A DNA stretch of 64,000 bases from assembly GCA_965645245.1 (NCBI GenBank), contig OZ287083.1:682001-746000 (forward strand), written 5' to 3'. The number at the start of each line of letters is the position of its first letter. Positions within the stretch are counted from its first letter, which is position 1. The stretch comes from Massalongia carnosa (Eukaryota). Below, one piece after another: positions 63,671 to 64,000 of this stretch. Below the pieces are notes generated by a model that was not told the DNA's origin, did not search any database, and worked only from the letters and a program-made list of their open reading frames with translations. The position numbers and the translations under genes are program-made.

Positions 63671-64000
63671 GTATCGTTGTTGGGAAACTTTGTCTTAGAA
63701 GATCGAGATTATCAAATGCTAGCCATGAGTAGAATACACTGTAACATCGCAGTGGAATCTAGAGCACGTTTTTTTCAGGCTTTGACCGCAACTTTAAACC
63801 AGCGATGAGCGAAGCAGGATTACGCAGAACGACCGCTGCAAATCGTCGTTTCTGTTTCCGTCGAAGTCTACCTAAATCTGGTTCCTTATAAAGCAGCGCA
63901 CCTTGATTCATAAAGCATCTATTTACTTCAGAAGCCATAATAAAATCTGATGATCAAGTCTCTAGGCAATTCATGAAATCCCACCGAAGTTACTATAATG

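Noticed and set aside
46300..64000. Starship giant element
   Set aside because: NLR and P450 cargo-like genes are present, but no tyrosine recombinase captain or boundary is visible in this window.
1..64000. tRNA/rRNA genes
   Set aside because: None recognised by eye; a tRNAscan/Infernal run is needed to exclude them.

Overview
Intron-rich filamentous ascomycete (Pezizomycotina-type) nuclear DNA. A core of housekeeping genes runs from about 5.5 to 46 kb: Mug190-like C2/SMP protein, Y-family DNA polymerase, GET2, SEC31, an RRM protein, COX12, MRP49, GEP3, SDE2, RPS10, RPL15, NFU1 and a PSP1-domain protein. The left end is a decayed Academ-like transposon complex (RecQ fragment, DUF6589-like ORF, Fe/2OG dioxygenase cargo). 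The right end holds a TE nest (LINE, MULE, Tc1), a SesB-NACHT NLR-like gene and a P450/3-beta-HSD/P450/Pth11-like group. The most notable item is a ~4 kb element between GEP3 and SDE2. Its 149-bp inverted repeats sit directly upstream of two convergent genes: a DD34E Tc1/IS630 transposase and a ~815-aa Zn-finger protein with a long acidic minisatellite tail. Other observations: two 3-nt microexons in adjacent genes, a PIF/Harbinger-like MITE, a perfect 29-bp-arm palindrome and two C-to-G skew-switch islands. All family calls come from motif recognition by eye, not database searches, and exon boundaries are inferred from splice consensus.
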